A stretch of 62,867 bases of DNA, filler included, from Aduncisulcus paluster (taxonomy: Eukaryota), in assembly GCA_024181965.1 (NCBI GenBank). It is 5 parts of 5 records of this genome, joined end to end, with 100 filler letters (N's around TTAATTAATTAA, not from the genome) between each part and the next. Parts side by side here need not be neighbours in the genome. Positions count along the whole stretch, not along the records: positions 55,807 to 62,867 come from BQXS01010854.1; 4 more parts are not named here. One strand, given 5' to 3'. Under the pieces are notes generated by a model. That model made no database searches and was not told the origin of the DNA. It saw only the letters and a list, made by a program, of their open reading frames with translations. Made by a program: the position numbers and the translations under genes. Shown piece by piece: positions 58,558 to 62,867 of this stretch; position 1 is the first letter of the stretch; each line of letters starts with the position of its first letter.

Positions 58558-59973
58558 TTACAATTTCTTTTGTCGTACGAGTGTGAGAGCTTCATCGCGT
58601 AATCCACTTTCATCGACGCATTTTAGCATCATATCAACACCATCTACAACCCTTTGAAGCTTAAATATAAGACTAGTGATCAGTTCGTTGTGGTGAATGC
58701 TTACTATTGATGTCCGACAAGAGGGACATTTGGAGGTTCCGCTAGCTGTTGCAGTTGATAATCTTTCGAAACATTTGGCACAAAAAGTATGAAAACAAGG
58801 CAAAATAGTAACAGGATCTTCGAGAGGTTGCAAACAATTGGAACATGCAACACAGGAAAGAAGACTTTTGAAGGTTGTCGATAGTTTATATGCGTAACCA
58901 GACAGAGCCACAGAAAGCTGTTTATGCTGAGAAGCAAGGCACAACGCGGAATCTGCACGGTGTTTAGATGCATCACAAGCAGCGTGGGCAGCACGCATAC
59001 TATCAGAGGCATCATCACTCTCCTTAGTGAGTCTGTCAACTTCGGAGGAGAGTTGAGTCTGCAATGTGGTTGTTAAGCGTTTGTATCTCTCCAGTTCAGT
59101 GGTGATCCGCTTAATCTCGGCACCAAGTTCCTCTTTTGTTTGAGACAGAGAAGATTCACCGATAGATATCTGCTTGGAAAGGGATTGTTCGCGGCTAACA
59201 GTGTCCTTGTTGATTTGATAAGCACGTGTTTGAAGCATATCAACGGCTTTTCCAGCATACTCTGACTTACGTTCAGAGGCAGACAATTGAACCTTTAAAC
59301 TATCAATCTCTTGACGAAGATCCAACAATTCTCTTTCTTTATCCCTTCTCTGACGAATTGCAGATTCTTTCAACTCAAGTTGGGCACTTTTTAGTTCTTG
59401 ACGAGTTAAAACAAGGTCTTGAAGCGTTGTTTCACTCTCAGAAACAACTTTTTGGTATTGTTCACGCTCATGAGCAATGCGATCTTCTAATATTTTAAGG
59501 CGTTGTTGACAGCGCTGATCCATGGCTTCAACTTCATCTGAAAAACGCTTTCTTGCCTTTTTAAGCTCCATATCTTGCTTATCGCGAAGATCTCTCATTC
59601 TTTCTTCATAAAATACAGAAGAACCAGAGGCTTTGAGTAATTCGCCATGCATATTCTCCACCTCAGAAATAAGAACGATATTTCTTTGTTTTGTTTCGGC
59701 AAGAGAGTGTCTTAATTCTGCATTTTCTTCTTCCATCTTAGTCATTGCTCTATCCAGAGAATCAGCCCGTCTGTTTATAATTCCATTCTCCTCTTTAAGT
59801 TTTTCATATTCATCTTGCAAATCATAATATTTTTGTTGCAAATCGTCATGAATATCACGGGCATGAGTAATATCTCCTCTTAATTCTTCCATAGTGCATC
59901 GAGACCATTTCTGTGCCCTAGTCAGCGAAATATTTTTGGCAGTAAGAGCTTTAAGAGCAAGTTCCTTTGACAT
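58558..59973 (-). CDS. Coiled-coil protein with C-terminal C3HC4 RING finger (probable E3)
   Basis: CSNC..LPCFHTFCAKC..CPSCR after about 350 aa of heptads. Confidence 0.85.
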   Translation of the reverse strand: MSKELALKALTAKNISLTRAQKWSRCTMEELRGDITHARDIHDDLQQKYYDLQDEYEKLKEENGIINRRADSLDRAMTKMEEENAELRHSLAETKQRNIVLISEVENMHGELLKASGSSVFYEERMRDLRDKQDMELKKARKRFSDEVEAMDQRCQQRLKILEDRIAHEREQYQKVVSESETTLQDLVLTRQELKSAQLELKESAIRQRRDKERELLDLRQEIDSLKVQLSASERKSEYAGKAVDMLQTRAYQINKDTVSREQSLSKQISIGESSLSQTKEELGAEIKRITTELERYKRLTTTLQTQLSSEVDRLTKESDDASDSMRAAHAACDASKHRADSALCLASQHKQLSVALSGYAYKLSTTFKSLLSCVACSNCLQPLEDPVTILPCFHTFCAKCFERLSTATASGTSKCPSCRTSIVSIHHNELITSLIFKLQRVVDGVDMMLKCVDESGLRDEALTLVRQKKL

Positions 59974-60576
59974 ATAATAAATTTTAAGGCAAAAACAATA
60001 TCAAATTATGTTAAAAATAATAAAAAACTTGAAATATATGTCTTTCACAAGGAGAAAAATCACAAATTAGATTGATCGCTCAATCCCACCATCATACAAT
60101 GTCCTCTGGCCAAGCAAGAATAACAAAACCAATATTTTTTGATAAATTTCATTTTTTTACTATCATCCCATTGCTTAACAGCGAGTTTCAGCAACCAGAT
60201 TTTATCTCTCTGAATCGAAGTTAAATTGCAAATTAAAAGTAATATTCACTCATAAATAACAATTTTAGAATGAAATATTAATTTAATACTATCATTATAG
60301 CTGGATTTAAGCCCCCTCAGAATTTTGTTTTCTGGAAGCTCGAGCAAGTCCATGAACAACATTTTCAAGGGCATTTATGGGATTATTGTTACAAAAACAT
60401 TTATTTTATGTCACAGACCTGAAGAAGATTTGGATTTTTTTGTGGTTCCTAAATAACATTTCCACCAGTCCGCCCACGACGGTTTGGCAAGTACTATTTC
60501 TTCAGGTTATTACGATGAAAGAGAAGATTATAGTGAACATCTCAGTTCAACTCCTGAAGTTCAGGCATAATTAGTC

Positions 60577-62867
60577 TCAAATGGCTGTTCTTCCAGAGGG
60601 AGGGAGGATAACATCTGAACTTGTTGAGGTAGCATTAATAATAAGGAAATCCATTCCGAGAGTTTCATATTCAATACAGATAACAACAGTATAATAATAG
60701 GTAGAACCACTCTTTGTCAAGAAAGACAGCATCTGACCGGTTTCAAGACAATATGTTGAGGCATGAGTTGAAGTAGGGGTCGTATATCCGTCAAGAACAA
60801 TGGTTTCTAATCCAAACAAAGCAGGGGAACTTTGAGAATCACCTTGCATTTTGAAGGATTGGTTCGCTTTAATCTTCCCTGAATCGCTGGCAATTTCTGT
60901 TGTGCCGATTGTAACAGAAGAAGATGCTTCGATAGAAGGGACACTAACATCAGAATCGATGGTCAGAGTCCCAGATTCATAGGAAATGCTTGAGTTGTCA
61001 TCATCAGCAGAATTTCTGATCAAAAGAGAAGCAAGGGAAAGAGGCTGATTCATATTGAAATTAGAGCCAGAGTACGTCAAAGCAACGGATGAATCATTGA
61101 TTTGAAACCCTGAGGCAGTAATAATGGATGATGACGTGAAGGCCTTGTCAATGGTAGCTGTCAAGGATGAATAAGTGATTGTGGCATCACTAATGGAAAT
61201 GCTAGTGCCAGCTTTGATATTACCTCCAGAATAAACATCGAGAGATGCACCAGATGTACCCTGAAGGTTCAAACGAGTGTTGGTTGAATCATATACCAAT
61301 TCAACTGCCCCACTACCGAGGGTAAACTTATTCCCAGATAAGATCATAGTCTGTGAGGTGATATCGAATCCAGAGGAAGTGGCCTCAAAAACAACAGTGG
61401 AATAAGAAGAAGAGAGGGTTATCAAAGAGCTAGAAACATATATATCCTTGTTGAAGGAAAACCTGTCATTGGTAGAATCGTACTGCAAATATGCAGATTG
61501 AGCGGAACTAAACCGAACGATTGCAGGATCGCTGGTGAGTTCGAACAAAGTAGCTGACATCTTCCCACTTGATTCAAATGGAGTATCAATGCTGGACACA
61601 CCAGCACTCACAGTGATTGAAGCAGTTCCCACCTCGAGGGAATCACAGATGAGTGTATCAGCGATTGTGGCAGACCCATCGACATACAACCCCAGCGATG
61701 TGCTATTGACAGTGTGATCGAGGGTCAAAGTATTTGAGGAATAGGACATGAGAGCATCCCCAAGTTTGATAGCTCTAGTGGCAGAAGAAGCAGAAACTTC
61801 AAGGGCTGAATATGTTCCATTGTAGCTTATCGTGAGAGCATCAGAGTCAAATGAGAGAGAAGATGAAGAAAGAACTGAATCACCCGCAGTGATATCTCCA
61901 GTTGATTGAATTGGAGCACCGAACAAGAGGGTACCACCAGAACTAGAAATATTCAGACCATCAAGAATGATCTTTGTTCCAGCAACCTTCAGAGAACCTG
62001 TGAAGACATGGCGAGAGTAAGTACTATCGTACGAAATTGAAGCACTGGTTCCAACATCAAAAATAACTGAATCCAAAGTCACATCACCATTGATCACAGC
62101 ATTAGTTGAAATCTCCAGATCCCCACTACTTTCTGAAAGAACAGGCCCAACAGAAGACCCTACATACATGCTTGTAGCAATGATCTCTCCATCAAACGAT
62201 GTAATAAGAGAAGTTCCAGCGGCAGAATGGGTGAATTGAAGTTCACCAGGGGCAGAAGAATCGTAGGATACAACGGCATCTCCAATTGCAAGTTCTCCAC
62301 TCAAAGTAAGCAAATCACTCTCCACTGTGAAATATGATCCATCATCAAAATAAATCATATTTGACCCAACCTTCAAAGCAGTTCCCTGCGAAGTCAGAGA
62401 AACCCCATCAAGATCAATATCAGCCATGGATAGAGTGTGAGTAAGACCAAATGTGGTAGTATCGTGATCATATGTGAGTTTGGCACCATCAGTGTAATGG
62501 AACACAACTGAAGAAGATGACAAGGAATCAAGTGAGATAGAACCAGAAGAAATCGTAGGGATTCCAGTAATAGATAGACCAGATGCCGCACTCGTAAGAG
62601 TGTAATCTCCAATGGTAGCACTGCCGTCAGCAGTAAAGTCTCCAGTCACATACAGATCAAGGTCATCAACAGAACCATCAAGCGTAAGCTTGGTGCCGCT
62701 GAAGGACATACGACTGTTGCCAATGGCGAAGCCACCTCCAGTGAGATGCAAGTAGCCATCAGCAGGGTCGGTCAAGGTCATGGAGTTGAGAATCAGACTC
62801 GTTCCAGTCAACGTCAAGGAACCACCAACAGTCAACAGATCGCCTGCAGCATTTGCAGCAAGGCTGA
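60577..62867 (-). CDS. 5'-partial Ser/Thr/Gly-rich beta-strand repeat protein (fibre/adhesin-like)
   Basis: Frame open to the window edge; recurring x-Y-D-S-T motifs and short alternating beta-strand patterns. Confidence 0.7.
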   Translation of the reverse strand, partial: SLAANAAGDLLTVGGSLTLTGTSLILNSMTLTDPADGYLHLTGGGFAIGNSRMSFSGTKLTLDGSVDDLDLYVTGDFTADGSATIGDYTLTSAASGLSITGIPTISSGSISLDSLSSSSVVFHYTDGAKLTYDHDTTTFGLTHTLSMADIDLDGVSLTSQGTALKVGSNMIYFDDGSYFTVESDLLTLSGELAIGDAVVSYDSSAPGELQFTHSAAGTSLITSFDGEIIATSMYVGSSVGPVLSESSGDLEISTNAVINGDVTLDSVIFDVGTSASISYDSTYSRHVFTGSLKVAGTKIILDGLNISSSGGTLLFGAPIQSTGDITAGDSVLSSSSLSFDSDALTISYNGTYSALEVSASSATRAIKLGDALMSYSSNTLTLDHTVNSTSLGLYVDGSATIADTLICDSLEVGTASITVSAGVSSIDTPFESSGKMSATLFELTSDPAIVRFSSAQSAYLQYDSTNDRFSFNKDIYVSSSLITLSSSYSTVVFEATSSGFDITSQTMILSGNKFTLGSGAVELVYDSTNTRLNLQGTSGASLDVYSGGNIKAGTSISISDATITYSSLTATIDKAFTSSSIITASGFQINDSSVALTYSGSNFNMNQPLSLASLLIRNSADDDNSSISYESGTLTIDSDVSVPSIEASSSVTIGTTEIASDSGKIKANQSFKMQGDSQSSPALFGLETIVLDGYTTPTSTHASTYCLETGQMLSFLTKSGSTYYYTVVICIEYETLGMDFLIINATSTSSDVILPPSGRTAI

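Noticed and set aside
1-62867. Selenoprotein gene or SECIS linked to tRNA-Sec
   Set aside because: TGA-ending genes such as HECT and HGH1 end at natural C-termini; no in-frame TGA in a redox motif and no convincing SECIS was seen by eye.

Overview
Gene-dense, AT-rich, intron-poor eukaryotic (protist) scaffold using the standard code. The Ser-rich proteins and short 5'-biased GTATGT..AG introns suggest a free-living metamonad/fornicate such as Aduncisulcus, but that is inference. About 24 protein genes are present: a giant HECT E3, HGH1, a Qc-SNARE, mucolipin, a PAP2 phosphatase, 6PGDH, a UDP-hexose 4-epimerase, an Efg1-like protein, a scramblase, a degenerate PARP, an RRM protein, TBCD, RPL36, a BEACH-WD40-FYVE giant split by assembly artefacts, a signal-peptide calpain-like protein, a RING E3 and a partial beta-rich protein. 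The main find is invisible to the ORF track: a head-to-head pair of Pol III-type RNA genes at 21.6-22.15 kb. One is a compact SRP RNA (minus strand) that appears to lack the Alu domain and has a non-GNRA helix-8 loop. The other is a 9/4-fold tRNA-Sec(UCA) (plus strand) with G37 and a genome-encoded CCA. Both carry the same 14-nt upstream element at the same distance. Four 100-nt N-TTAATTAATTAA-N spacers and three 20-N gaps with duplicated flanks are assembly features.
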